A DNA stretch of 64,000 nucleotides from Mayamaea pseudoterrestris (GCA_027923505.1 BROI01000016.1:434001-498000), one strand, 5' to 3'; shown: positions 47,622 to 60,169, counted from the first letter of the stretch. Numbers and translations: made by a program. The notes: generated from the sequence alone by a model not told the origin.

Positions 47622-47861
47622 TTACGATCCACTCTTGCTCGCCACATTCTGCGCATTCGTTTCGGCTTGGTTCAACTGGCCTAACCAGTACGAGTGGTCC
47701 GTGTTGGTAGGCGCTGTTGCTGCTGCTGCTGCAACTGCTGCGGGCGAAGGTGCTCCGTTTCCTCCCTGCTGCGGATTGGCAGCAATCCAGCCGCGCGGAT
47801 TCTCCTCGGCGTCGCGCAAGCGACCGAGCCAGTAGTTGTTATTGCTGCTTCCTTCCGTCAT
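47622..47861 (-). CDS. Putative 79 aa microprotein with a two-copy internal repeat
   Basis: NYWLGRLRDAEENP and SYWLGQLNQAETNA separated by a Gly/Ala linker. Confidence 0.55.
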   Translation of the reverse strand: MTEGSSNNNYWLGRLRDAEENPRGWIAANPQQGGNGAPSPAAVAAAAATAPTNTDHSYWLGQLNQAETNAQNVASKSGS

Positions 47862-48290
47862 GATGATTGTGAAAGAGTAGAGTAGTGTCGATTGGTATCG
47901 CATGCAAGTTTATTTTGTGAGCTGATGCAATGGACGAAGCCCAAAAATCAGCTTCCGACTGCAGTGATTGCTTTCGAAGCGTCGGAGCCAAAGGGCCTCA
48001 CACGTTTGGCGTTCTTCGGCACCCGTGACTCACAAGCGTGACACCGTTCATTCTTGTCACGTCAGCAGTTCGGTCATTTTCGAAACGTGCGTGACCATTC
48101 GAACGTTCGATCGACCATGGAGCATTCGCGTTGCTCGCAAGTGAGCTTGCTAATCGCGCAATGAAACAGGACACGACGAATAGATACAACCCATGTACGA
48201 CACTGAATGATTTGACTATAAACTGATAGCTTTGTGAGGTCAAGGAAGCATCAAGCAAATAGTAACAGTTAGCAAACGCAAGCATTGCGA

Positions 48291-49574
48291 ATGGCTCGCA
48301 TTCTACATGTCACATTGCGGCTCGCCGGAGTCTTGCTGCTTTTGGCGTCGCTGTCATGCATTTTCGTGACGGAGATTCACCGACAGCGGCTGCATCGGCA
48401 GCAGCTCGAGCAGGAAATTTCAAGTCTACAAACGATGCTGTCAAATTTCAAGTCTTTGATTGCCTACAACGAAACGCTACTAAAAGGACCATACGCACTG
48501 CCCCCACTATCCACCATTTTAAACGATGACGGCAGTGTCGTTGGTAATCCCCAAATTTTGCTGCAATTCGCCATTGTCGGTTTCGGCAAGTGCGGCACAT
48601 CCTCACTCATGCACTGGCTGGAAATGCACCCCGAGCTCCAAATGCTCAACCAGGAAGTCTGGGCATTGACGGGTCGCGATCCGGGTCGCTTGATTCGGCG
48701 GCTCCATAGAAAACTGCGGAACCCGCTGCAGCAGCGCGGCTACAAGTGTCCGGGCGACTTGCTGGCGCACTTTGTCATGGACTACTACCGCAACTACTGG
48801 CCGCAGACGAAACTGTTGGTCGGCGTGCGACATCCAATACACTGGTTTCAATCCTTGTACAATTTTCGCATACAAAATTTTAAAAATTTTGCGGAAATAC
48901 CGCATCCCAACAAGTTGATTGGGGTGTGTGAAAGCAAGTGGTCGCTCATTTGCATGGGACGTGGGTTCTTTGGGTATCACTTGATGAAGCTGGGAAAGCA
49001 GTATGCCAACGGTGTGCGCGAAACGTTGGCTTTGGAGCGAAACATGCTGGACTGGATGGGCGCGTCGAACAAGACGGACTTGTCAGTCGTTACGCCACTG
49101 CCGAACCAGTTGTTCATGTTTGAGATTCAGCAGCTGTCCGAGAAGAACTTGACGAGGCATATGCAGTTCAAGTCGGATATTCAGCATTACTTGAACTTGA
49201 CGCATCCATTGACGGATACGGTGCACTTTAAACCAGGCATGGAGTGGCACGAAACACTCCAGCAGCGCAAGGATGCCTTGAAGATTGATATTTGCCAAGA
49301 TCAGTACCTTCCGGCACGATTGATCCTCATGCAAATGTCGCGCATGACGTCGGAATGGATACGAAACGTGTTTTTGGAGCTTCCTGGTGTTTTTGTTTCG
49401 TCCAAGGATCATGTGCGAAGCATTCTGGCGACGGAGTGGATGGTGGATCCGTGCGGTGACAAGGTGGATAGCGTTTCGGAGGCCGAACTTGATCGCATCA
49501 TGGTGGAAACGACGGGCCAGCCATTGGAGGGACTTGCGCTCACGAGGGCGCGATTCAAGGTCCTGACAGCTTGA
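48291..49574 (+). CDS. Type II membrane sulfotransferase (heparan-sulfate sulfotransferase-like fold)
   Basis: FAIVGFGKCGTSSL (5'-PSB) and KLLVGVRHPIHWFQSLYNF (3'-PB); N-terminal TM. Confidence 0.8.
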   Translation: MARILHVTLRLAGVLLLLASLSCIFVTEIHRQRLHRQQLEQEISSLQTMLSNFKSLIAYNETLLKGPYALPPLSTILNDDGSVVGNPQILLQFAIVGFGKCGTSSLMHWLEMHPELQMLNQEVWALTGRDPGRLIRRLHRKLRNPLQQRGYKCPGDLLAHFVMDYYRNYWPQTKLLVGVRHPIHWFQSLYNFRIQNFKNFAEIPHPNKLIGVCESKWSLICMGRGFFGYHLMKLGKQYANGVRETLALERNMLDWMGASNKTDLSVVTPLPNQLFMFEIQQLSEKNLTRHMQFKSDIQHYLNLTHPLTDTVHFKPGMEWHETLQQRKDALKIDICQDQYLPARLILMQMSRMTSEWIRNVFLELPGVFVSSKDHVRSILATEWMVDPCGDKVDSVSEAELDRIMVETTGQPLEGLALTRARFKVLTA

Positions 49575-49848
49575 TGAAACGTTTTGAATCTTTGCTGTGA
49601 ATACAAACTACCACAATAGGGTACAGCCTTGCTTGTCTCGACGAGAAACTGAAACTCGTCGATGGAGGCATGGTGTGCAGCGGCATCCGCCAGTTCCTTC
49701 CCTCGCTACTCGCCCGTTTCAACGACAATAGTCAGCAACAGCGGGTCTGAAAGGCTTCTAGAATAGGTTTATTAACTAATGGCATTGTTTATGTTTATTT
49801 TATATGGCTTTCAGACGAAATAAATTGCTCTGGTTGCATATCGCATGA

Positions 49849-51122
49849 CTACACCTGCTTTTGAATCGGTATAAAGCTCAGTAAGCCTCCCTTCTTTAAG
49901 GTAGCGGCCGCCGGTGAACCGCCCTTCAACACTCGAATCTCCTCCTGCAACTTTGCGACTTGAGAATTCTTGAGCATAACTTCGCTCTTGTGCAATCGCT
50001 CACGGTTCGTAATTGCCGCATTATGCTGCTGCTCCAAGTCTTGGATCTGCTTCTTGTGCGCATCCTCCTGCTCGTTCATTTTCGCCGTCAGCAGCGCAAT
50101 CTCGTTGAGCAGTTCAATCTCGACCATGGACTGCTCCTCGAGCAAACTGCGATTGACCTTGCCAAGCTCCTTCAAGCCCATTTCCCGTTTGCGCAGATTG
50201 TGCTCATGATGGAGTTCCAGCTCGGTATGCGCCAAAACCTGCAGTAGAGAAACAGAGTGAGAACAGAGGGCCATGCATATATAATGAAATTGCTTCCGAG
50301 TCTTATGTAACGTACCAAGTCACACTTTGTCGCGACGGCGCGACGAAGCTGCCCCGTCAAGTTCTCCAGCTCGACATTCTTTCGCTCAATGACATTCTTG
50401 AGGTTATCAATCTCGTCGTGCAGCTGCTGCATGTGGAGCCGATCATGTGCTCGCTCCAGCAAGTCGACGGTGGTGGCCGAGTCGTTGGAACGCACCGACT
50501 CGTCGTCGTCGTCGCCACTTTCCTCCTCCTCCGATTCATACTCTTCGTCGTCGTCATAATGTTCCTCCTCATTCGCATGCGCCATGGAGTGATAGGCTTG
50601 CTGGTCAAACTCGTTTCGTAGCGTTTCCACCCGATCCTCCTCCTTTTTTTCCTCCTCGTAAAACGTCATGCGGTGACTCGCCGCTGCAGCGCGCTTGGCG
50701 ACTGGCATGGCAAGTTTCGGCTCGTAGTGGTGCTTTGATAAGTTCTTGTGCGGCGGCTCCTCGTAGCTTTCGTCGGAATAGCTGCCGTCGTTGGTGTCGT
50801 CCTGACTGGCTTGGTCGTCGTCGAGCATGCTGCCACCGTCGTCCTCGAGAATTTCGTCGAGCAGCGTATCGTCGTCGTCTCGATTCGTCAAGTCTGTGAG
50901 CAATACAAAAAGGACGTGATGAGAATTACTTCATGTACAATACGTTGCGCCACTCGTTTTTCGTTTTGCACCAAAGCAGCAGTTGCGCGACGCACCGTCG
51001 GAAAGGTTAATGACGGAATGACTGTCAAAATCGCAGGCTACGGTGCGCGGGGATACCGGGTCCGCCAGTAGGTCGGGAAAGCCGCCGGGAGTCAACTTGA
51101 TGTGGCGTGATTTGGTTGTCAT
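49849..51122 (-). CDS. Acidic coiled-coil protein of unknown function; predicted introns 50894-50995 and 50239-50315
   Basis: GT..AG introns join three ORFs in frame; D/E-rich N-terminal half and heptad-rich C-terminal half. Confidence 0.65.
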
Positions 51123-51455
51123 GGTAAACTGGACTGGTACTATCTTTCTTGCAATCACTGTACTACTTGTCTGGAAGAAGCGAATGAAAGTGAATGTGGT
51201 TGGGTTTGTGCGAGTCGTCCATGCTCATTCGTGCCGAGTCGTCTGGCACACATTTTGAAGTGGCCGGCTGGCTCGTTCGAAAGACTCGCCACGCGACTCA
51301 ACGCGCACGCTGAGAACCAGTGCGACAAAGTGTGACTGCACTTTGTGAAAACGCACCGCGAGCGAGTGGAAAGCCTTTATGCCGAAGAAGCGAGGGTATG
51401 CTCTGCTCATTCATGTAACACTCCAAGAAAACTAAATTGGCGCTTGGAAGCAACC

Positions 51456-52805
51456 ATGATGGTTTCATTGCCATCGTTGCGTTACTTGGTGGCTGCTGGA
51501 GTCTGTTTCGTCTGCCTGATCCAGATTGGTTTCCAGTCATTCCGGCCGAGCTTTTCACGATTAGACATTTCTGCAGTCCAGTCAGTTCAACGACGAAACC
51601 TGACAGTCCCACTTCGTCCGGCGTGTTTGGAAATTATCAGCAAGGCAAACTTGACAGACACTACTTATGTGAATGTGGCTGGCAATCTCACGGAGCATCC
51701 TCACGTGGGAGCTGTCGATGCTTTTGGCAAGCCTGGCTACGTTCACGACGTGACGGCCCTCCGTCGCAATCCTCCTCCTTCCAATTTTACCGACGAATAC
51801 ATTGCCGAACAATGCCAAGTACAAGATGACGACTACAAGATGCTCAAGCAACGAGTTTCTGTTGATATGGACTATGAAAACGAAAGGCTACGCTCCGGCG
51901 AGCGTCGGCCACGAATTTTGTGCATGATTTACACGTACACGCCGAGCCACTCGCGCATCAAGAATATACGAGAAACGTGGGGGTGCGTGTTGATACTTTG
52001 CATTTGTCAAGCAACTGTCTTGTTATTCGAATCCTCATACTCATTCTCCTCCTTCTTCGTTATGCGCAGTCCAAAGTGCGACGGCTTTTTCGCCGCATCA
52101 GATTCGGCGGATCCTTTCGTCGACAGCGTCAACCTGACGCACCAGGGGCCGGAATCAATGAACAACATGTGGCAAAAGGTGCGAAGCATGTGGAGCTACG
52201 CCTATGACAATTTCTATGAATCGTACGATTGGTTCCACATTGGAGGTGACGACTTGTTTTTAATTGTGGAAAACTTGCGTCGGTACTTGGAGAGCGACGA
52301 GATTCAAGCGGCGCAAAATGGAGGCTTGTTTATTTCAAATGGACCGGAACGAATGCAAGTTCCATTGTATTTGGGAAAACGGTTCCGGTTTGGTGGCAGA
52401 ATACGCACCATTTTCAACACTGGAGGTCCTGGTTACACGCTGAATCGGGCGGCGCTCAAGTTGCTGGTCGTTGACGGACTGCCCCACCACTATGTCCACG
52501 ACGTGACTTCCGCCGAAGATATACGCATCGCCCGCGTGTTTGAAAAGCTTGGTGTGTATCCATACGAAACCAGGGACGAAAATGGTGGCGAGCGATACCA
52601 TCATTACTCTCCCGCCTTTCATTACGACTTTCGACTGAACAAAATCAGCTGGCTGTCGACGGTCATGATTGATCCACTCGAGGGACTGAACCACAGCTCA
52701 CCGCATAGCGTGGCGTTTCATTACGTCAAGGATGATGACATGAGGCGAGCCTATTCACTACTGTATCATGACTGTCCTGCCGACAACACTGTGGACAAGC
52801 GATAG
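51456..52805 (+). CDS. Core-1 beta-1,3-galactosyltransferase-like protein (GT31, C1GalT1-like); in-frame intron 51983-52069
   Basis: RILCMIYT, IRETWG/PKCDGF, NMWQKVRSMW, YDWFHIGGDDLFLIVENLR, GGPGY, AED, VAFHYV. Confidence 0.88.
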   Translation: MMVSLPSLRYLVAAGVCFVCLIQIGFQSFRPSFSRLDISAVQSVQRRNLTVPLRPACLEIISKANLTDTTYVNVAGNLTEHPHVGAVDAFGKPGYVHDVTALRRNPPPSNFTDEYIAEQCQVQDDDYKMLKQRVSVDMDYENERLRSGERRPRILCMIYTYTPSHSRIKNIRETWGCVLILCICQATVLLFESSYSFSSFFVMRSPKCDGFFAASDSADPFVDSVNLTHQGPESMNNMWQKVRSMWSYAYDNFYESYDWFHIGGDDLFLIVENLRRYLESDEIQAAQNGGLFISNGPERMQVPLYLGKRFRFGGRIRTIFNTGGPGYTLNRAALKLLVVDGLPHHYVHDVTSAEDIRIARVFEKLGVYPYETRDENGGERYHHYSPAFHYDFRLNKISWLSTVMIDPLEGLNHSSPHSVAFHYVKDDDMRRAYSLLYHDCPADNTVDKR

Positions 52806-53110
52806 CACATGTCAGAAATGTTTTTGATATGATTTTGATTGACTTTTGCTACCGTTTATACCGTTTTAGGACGGAATTGTTACAAGGCGTAGTGTCTCGA
52901 ACAAACGCTTTTCATTTACATAAGCTACCGTGGTTATGCCTACCTTCTGACGCGGACACGACAGGGACAACGTGAGCTTACTGTAGATACCATTTTAATC
53001 AACAGCATAAATGAAGTTTAAGTATACATTTCTATTAGTAGCAAGGTCTATGCGCTGCCAGACGGGCGTCGTCGTGCAGAAGATTTTATCGGAACGGGCT
53101 CTATGGATCA

Positions 53111-55005
53111 TCATTGGTCAATGACGGTTGGAGCCATGGTTGGTGCAGCCGATTGGTAGGCACCGCTGCAGCATTGCCGACTGGCAAGACATGAAAAGGC
53201 ATTCCTGTAGAAATGATAAGAATGTGGTGTGAGGAAGCAGACCACATGGCTTCATTTTGTACCTTATCGTAGCTTACTTTGTTTGCAAAAATCCATAGTC
53301 GGTGTCGCTGTCATTAAGCGGAAGTGCTTCCGCCATAAGGCAGCTTTCGACTGCGTCGGCAGAGCAACGTGGACAATGCCGCCATATTTCGGCAATGGCA
53401 CCAGTCACAAAAGGCGTCGACATGCTCGTACCATCCATAATGGCATACCCGGTCATAGCTTGGATAGACACCAAATTTCCGTAGGATCCCATGTAGAGAC
53501 TAGTTGCATCTTCTGCGGTCATACCAATAACAGGTATATTTACTCCACTAGACTCACTGATTGCTCCGACAAGTATAGTGTTTGGAAGGTTGTTGTAGAT
53601 AATGGCAGCAACTCCGCCGCTCGCCTCGCAGTTAGCTGCCTTGACTTCAAAGGACGTTTCGCCTCGTTGAATGACGCATATATGGCCACCTGACCCTTCG
53701 CAAACATTCTTCCCAAAGTCGCTGCAAAAGACGAGCTGCCCAGCCATGCCCTCTGAGTCAGGCTGAATCGTGCCTACCATTGTTGCCGCCGTGTATGCTC
53801 CTTTTGGTCCAATAAGGACTGCCGCGTTGGTTGCATTTCCGGCAAATGTTGAAAGTATAGCCGAGCCGGGGGCAGCAATGTCCACCATACTATTATACTG
53901 AGAAAACTCGGAACGTTGCAGATTTGCATCGACAGATGCCACGGAAATCACAGAATCGTAGCTAGCTGGATCTAATGTCGGTTAAAAAGGCGCGGTTAGA
54001 TGCGATCCAGTTCGTCTAAACAATCAATGCTTCTCATTCCTTATAACACCCAACAAACTTACAATGATAGTCCGAGTTTCCGTCATTCCCAGCAGCGCTC
54101 ACCACAAGAATTCCCTGTTTTCGAATGACGGCAAAGTACTGCTCGGCGGTTCGTGACCGCGTCGATGATCCAAGGCTCATGTTAATGACTGTGGCACCAT
54201 TCTCCACGGCCCAATCCACCGCATCAATGACGGCTGAATTCTTGGAGCTGCCATCTTCACCAAAGATTTGCGCAAACATGTAGCAAACATTCTCCGTCAT
54301 GCCGACAATGCCAAGTTCATTGTTGCGACGGGCGGCGACAATGCCAAACACATGTGTTCCGTGCGGGTTGCGGGGCGTGCTCCACGTTTCGCCGTCGACG
54401 CCAAACTCACTGCCAATGCAATTGGTGTCATCGGCATTAATATCTCGACACGGCAAGTCGGGATGGTTAACGTCGGCACCGGAATCAATAATGGCAATCT
54501 TGATCGAGTTTGGATCATTGCAGGCGCCATACGTACGACTCGAATAGGCTTGATAGTTGGATGCTCCAGAGTCGCTTCCTTGCGACAGTGAAACACCATA
54601 TGGTACAATCTCGCTATTTACAGTGCTGCTGCTGTCCAGAAACACGTCAAAGTCTTGCTCGATGTAGTCAATGTCGTTTCGCCGCAGTAGCTTTTTGATT
54701 TGTCGCTTGGTCAGCGTGGCGCTCGCCGCGTTGACGCGCTTCAGTCCCTTGCCTCGCTCCTGCTTGGTGGCGGGTGCCGTTGCGTCGGGTAGACTTCTTT
54801 TTAAATTGTCCAAGGCGTGTTCGTCTTGATCCTGTTTCAAGCCGACAATGACATTGACGCGGCCAACTTCTGGCAAGCTGTGCAGAAATCGTTCCATGTG
54901 AGATTCGTCAAAATCATTGCCGCTGCCCAGCCGTCCCCATGCTGGTCTACCGATGCAAGCCAATGTCAGTAGTTGCAGCAAGTGATGGCACGTATTCGTC
55001 CTCAT
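53111..55005 (-). CDS. Secreted subtilisin (S8) protease with propeptide and PA domain; introns 53972-54062 and 53205-53277
   Basis: Catalytic triad IAIIDSG, HGTHVFG, GTSMSTP; oxyanion AAGND; PA motif IQRGETSFEVKA...GVAAIIYNN. Confidence 0.92.
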
Positions 55006-55632
55006 TGTCACACCAATTCAATTTGAATTAAAATGTGTGAGTCGCATGCACATACGAGTTTCGAAAATGTGAGGCAAAAATGGGCATGGCCAAAGATACC
55101 TTTCCGAAACCGAGATCCAACGCACGGTGCGCGAAACTGTGCGATATCATGACGTTTTCATTTATGAGGCTTACGTCATTCGATCATCCTTATACTCAGA
55201 GGCGTTCCAAAGAGGTCTTACCATCGTATCTACCGACCACCAAGGAGCATCAAATGTTCCGCCGTTCCACCATGGAACGAGTAAGCTCTGGCAACGTTTC
55301 GACGACCTTGCTACTTCTTTATGAAAGGACAAAGAGCGAGCATCAGAAAGGACGAGTGCGATTTTTGCTGCAGCCCGATTTGTCAATGAGCGGCTATTTG
55401 CGCTGACGCCTCTAGTTTGTTTTCAAGCATCTGCTCCACGTCCAATTCTTTACCACTGCACCTCATCAATCAATCACATACGTTTTTGTTTTTGTCATCA
55501 AATTAGTTACATCTCTGCACTGCCGCCTACTTCTATTCAAGCATCTCATCTTCCTTGTCCCGCTCGATTCCAATTCCCCTGCCAATAAAGTAAGCAAAAC
55601 AGCAATAACAATTCACATGCATTGGAAATAAA

Positions 55633-56466
55633 ATGCCATCATCCTTTGCCTTTCGCGCACTGCCTTCGCACAAACAGCTCGCGCGTCACGTGTTGGTGGG
55701 CATGGGTTCCGCCAGCGTTTGGCGGGGCGCCTGGTACATGTTGGACGACCACTTGTTTCCAGACGATCAAGCAAAGAGTGCGGCGGCGAGTCTCACGCTT
55801 GGCACGTTGGGCATGGCGGCGAGTCAGGGATTGGTGGCGCGCGCCGAACGAATGGCGGTTGCGTTGGCGGAGCGGACGGCGATCAAACGGACTGGTTTGA
55901 AGAGGACTGCTAGTGGTGCAGTGACAGCCGCATCATCCAAATGTCAGCATCATCAGCATCGGCCACGAGTGTTACTCGCCGCAGCTCGCTTCGGTGCACT
56001 CTACACAGTGGCATGGAGCGTCGTGTTGATATGGCGGGGCACCTGGCTCGGCTGGGATTTAATCTACGAGTCGCTCCATGCACCGGAGCAGCAGTGCGAG
56101 CGCGAGCCGCTTACTAATGCAACTACAACATCACCAACAATTATTAAAAGCACCGACGCTGGCCACTTGACCAGGAGCGGCTTGCTTTCGCATTTCACGG
56201 CCACTTGTCTCCTGCTGGCGTCGGGCTTGTTTGCCAGTGTCCTGGCGCCGCCGGCGGCGGCGAGCATTATCAGAGACACTTCCGTCAGGGGTCCGGCGCA
56301 GCGGCTGGCGCGTCAATTGTTTGCTAGTGGTAATCGTAGTAATAGCATTGTGGTGAGGCGAAACATGTTGTCGACAACGACGAGGAGGAGGCGGAACCAC
56401 GTGACGTCCAAGCTGCGGCGGAAGAATGCGTCTCTAATGGATGGTGCAATTCGCAAAAGATTTTGA
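55633..56466 (+). CDS. Membrane protein with two WRGxW motifs (Fuseless-like)
   Basis: VWRGAWYMLDD and IWRGTWLGWD adjacent to hydrophobic helices. Confidence 0.55.
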   Translation: MPSSFAFRALPSHKQLARHVLVGMGSASVWRGAWYMLDDHLFPDDQAKSAAASLTLGTLGMAASQGLVARAERMAVALAERTAIKRTGLKRTASGAVTAASSKCQHHQHRPRVLLAAARFGALYTVAWSVVLIWRGTWLGWDLIYESLHAPEQQCEREPLTNATTTSPTIIKSTDAGHLTRSGLLSHFTATCLLLASGLFASVLAPPAAASIIRDTSVRGPAQRLARQLFASGNRSNSIVVRRNMLSTTTRRRRNHVTSKLRRKNASLMDGAIRKRF

Positions 56467-56578
56467 TAAGCTAAAACATACTACACATTGCACAGCACTT
56501 ACATCTTTTACTTTAATGTCATCTAGTTTGTTATGATATATATACAAAACGAGGAGTACCTCGTTTACAAAAAATGTT

Positions 56579-56854
56579 CTACTTCTTGGCCAAGTTGCGC
56601 AGTGAGCGACGCACAGGGCTTGGAGCAGTCGCCGTCTCGACGGTACTTGTCCGCGAGTATGATCCAGTGTAGACGACTGGTTCATCTTCCGAGTCTTCAT
56701 TGACTGGTTCATCATTTGATTCGTCGTCGTTATCGTCATTATCATTGTCGTCGACCAGATCATGCTGCTGCTGCTGCTGCTGCTCACTGGTCGGCTCGTT
56801 GTCAGCGTCTTCCTGACCATCATCTTCGTCATCCTCCTGACCAATATCTTCCTG

Positions 56855-56899
<45 letters not shown>

Positions 56900-59298
56900 A
56901 TCATCCTTGCGCTCCGCCGCACTCGGAAGCCGCGCCAAAATCCAGCAAACGGCTCGATATAAAACGGGAACCTTGGCGTCTTTGTCGTCACCGTCGTCAT
57001 CATGATTATGACTCGCCAAAATGCCCAGCAGTGTCAAGTCGCGCTGCAACACGCCGTAAACCTTGGTGACAACCACCTTTAATGTCAGCGACCACCAAAC
57101 GACGAATAGAAAGATATTAATCAACGGAATCCACCAAAGTAGCGACGCCAACACGTTGAGTAGCATGGTGAGCAGCGTGTTGATAATCCAGTATTCCAGC
57201 GTCACCAGCATGGACCACTCGTGGTCGGCAGCGGCCACAATCGTTTGATCAACTGGATCCAGTGGCATGTTTAGTGCCGCTTTTTTATTGGCAGCAGCAG
57301 TAGTCGACGGACGTTTAATTTGACGAGTCTCGGCAACTACTCCTCGTCGCGCAGCACTCTCACGACACGCACTCACACTCTTGGCCAGTGGCAGCACCCA
57401 CTGCACGTACAAGACGGCCAACACCGAGCAACCAGGTAGAGGCAGCAGCAGCCACACACAAGGCAGCACCAACTGCTGCCCCTGCTGCAGCGCCAGTAAT
57501 AACCAGTCGCGCGTTTGCGGCGACACTATCCGCACCGTGGCCAAAACGTGCAGTATTGGCGTCGTGGGAGTGACAATGTATTTGTTCCAGGTTGCGGGCG
57601 AGACGACGGAGGAAACATTGTCAACCAGTTTTTCGTAAATGGGTTCCAGTGTGCGACGCAGCAGCTGCAGTGGTCGGCCATCCAAGTCTCCATGCCGCTG
57701 CTGCACCAATAGATATGGCATGACGTAGAGCCACACGTAACACAACAGCTCTAGCGTTTGCAGCAGTGCCGAGTAGCGTTTGGCAAGCTTGACGAGCTGC
57801 CATCCAAAAATTGGAACCGTTTGCAGCGCCAATATAGCGAGCGATACGCTCGCGTGCACCATCCAGTAGCAAATCCAAAAGTGCAAGCGATCGTCCAAAG
57901 ACCATTCGTCCGTGGCAGCGCTGGGAGTTGATGTACCAGTACTAGATTTTCGGCGCCCCGACTGGCTACTCAATGGATGCGTTCGTGCAAACATGGACAA
58001 GCCGGACCTGCGTCGAGCGGGTGTTTGAATCTCCGTACTATCCTTGCGCTTGCCCGAAGCTGCTGTAGTATTCTTCGTATCGCCGTCAACGCCGTCACTG
58101 CTTCTTGCCATCGACTTGCTATACATTTGCACATCATGCGCCAGCAACACGGAACAAACCAGTGGCAGCAGCTTACTCAAGCATGTTGTCAGCATGGTTT
58201 GCGTTGCCAAGTAGACCATGATTGACGGAAACAGTTGATGCAGAAACAAACACAGAATCCAAAATAGCACGTGAGGAATCAAGACTCCGCAAATGGACGA
58301 GACGCGACTAATGCGATGGACGGCGCGTGTGTAAATCTGTATTATTGAAGATGGTGAATCGTCGTATAGTTTTTGCGGATGAATGGGAGACATGGTGTTC
58401 GTCGTCATGGTGATTGGAGTGTTAGCAGCTGCAGGGTGAGATGACAATGGCGTAGAATCGTGTTGTTGCACACTCAACGACCCCAGGACAACGACTGGAC
58501 GATGCTTCGACTTGGCGCTGCTCCACGTTTGACGCAAACGCGGCGAGCAGTGACAAATCGTCGCCATAATACAGAGATACTTTTGCATTCACAATCGCAG
58601 GTCGCTCTTTCATGGCGACGAATGCCATCGGCACGACGGCGATCCAAAGCCATCATGAAAACTCCAACGCGCGACACCGTTGCATAAAACGTATTCGTGT
58701 CGCATGCGACTCGACGAGCTACCACGCGCCCAGCAAGCAAGCGACAGCAATAGTATACTCAGTCTCATCATGAACGTACCTGCACTAGCTTCAGTCGCGA
58801 CTGTTCGTATTTGCGAGACGCAGCCAATCGTCGGCGACTCGCCCACGTTTTGACTCGCCTAGTATACGTTTGTCGCATCAGCCACTTGCGCAAGTACCAC
58901 ACCAATACGAAACTTCCAACCGCGACTAATTCCATGCCAACGTGACGCGGCTCCAAGTGCAACTGCCAATGAATCAGTTTTTGCAAGTAAATTTGCAGCT
59001 GCTTTGCCGCCGTGTATGCCACTGGACCAGCCAGTTTCACAAGCGCATTCGAAACGAGCCGCCCCGCGATGAGCAGCAGCAAGCAGAATGGTTGCAACGT
59101 CATGATTACCAATCGACTCGTCGTGGACATGGCGCGATATACGTCGCTACTGGCCGTCCAAAGGGCGTCATTGTATTCGCCCACGGATGGAATGGAAAGT
59201 GCTGCTTTCGTTTGAAGTGCAGCGTCGACAAGTTTGGAAACGATTACGGCGTAGGACAGTGGCTGCTGCGGCGCATGTTCCAAGAGCACTTCGTTCAT
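56579..59298 (-). CDS. Multi-TM protein with TB2/DP1/HVA22-like segments and an acidic tail; predicted intron 58337-58779
   Basis: FWICYWMV...LELLCYVWL and LEYWII...WWIPL patterns; a phase-0 splice joins LVQ to IYT. Confidence 0.5.
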
Positions 59299-59580
59299 GG
59301 CAGATTGTGTATGTAGATTGGTTCTATCGTTAGCTTGCAGTCTTGTGTTACAATAATGACTGAGGAATGCAGCAGCGTGATGGATGGAGAATGGTCGCTT
59401 GTCGCGATTCGTCGCTACGCCGAGCTTGTTATGGTTTCGGGGTAAATGCAGACGTCATACTCGGGACTCATGCTCACGTTGGCTTCCACGTGTCACGCGC
59501 GCCAAGATCCTTCGCCTTGCGCAGCTCCACCCATGCATTTCCAAAAGCTGCATCCTCGCATCCAAACGAAATATACTAAA

Positions 59581-60020
59581 ATGTTTAGAACTAGAGTACG
59601 TGCCAATGGAATGCATTCAGAGTAGTATGAGCAATGTTATAATGGCTTGGTGGTTTAAAATTGAGAACTTGTTATACGCTCGTTTCACTCACTCGTTTCG
59701 TCCTGTATCTCTTCATCACATAGGCTCTTTGCCGCACACTGAAACCACTGGGCGACCGCGTCTTGGTGCGACGAGCCGCCAAGGAGACGCAAACGAGCGG
59801 CGGCATTTTTCTGCCCACCGACAAGACCAAGGACCCCAACGAGGGCACCGTCGTGGCGGCGGGACCGGGTGAGCGCGACGTGTCGGGTACGCTGCATGCG
59901 ACAACGTTGAGTGAAGGAGATGTTGTATTGCTTCCGGAATATGGAGGCTCCAAGGTCAAGATTGGTGATGATGAATTGTTCTTGTTTCGGGAGTCGGATA
60001 TTTTGGGAAAGTTTGAGTAA
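59581..60020 (+). CDS. HSP10: 10 kDa chaperonin (Cpn10/GroES), probably mitochondrial; intron 59596-59723
   Basis: MFRTR/ALCRTLKPLGDRVLV...TSGGIFLP...GTVVAAGPG...GDVVLLPEYGG...FRESDILG. Confidence 0.95.
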
Positions 60021-60169
60021 ATAATGGACATGGTAAAAGCTGAGGCCGCAGGAACGCAAGCATGTATACTTTGGAAAAGAGTAAATGGTTGCAGTAACAA
60101 CGATATTACACAACGGTAGAATTCTATTGGAAGGACAGGTAGAGTAGCGAGTCGTTAGGTAGTACAGCA

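Noticed and set aside
58700..58772. Box C/D snoRNA suggested by ATGATGA near the intron donor
   Set aside because: The C box is too close to the splice site and I found no suitably spaced D box or terminal stem
59384..59872. 162 aa ORF overlapping the Cpn10 locus
   Set aside because: It spans the promoter and intron in a different frame; the spliced Cpn10 model explains the region
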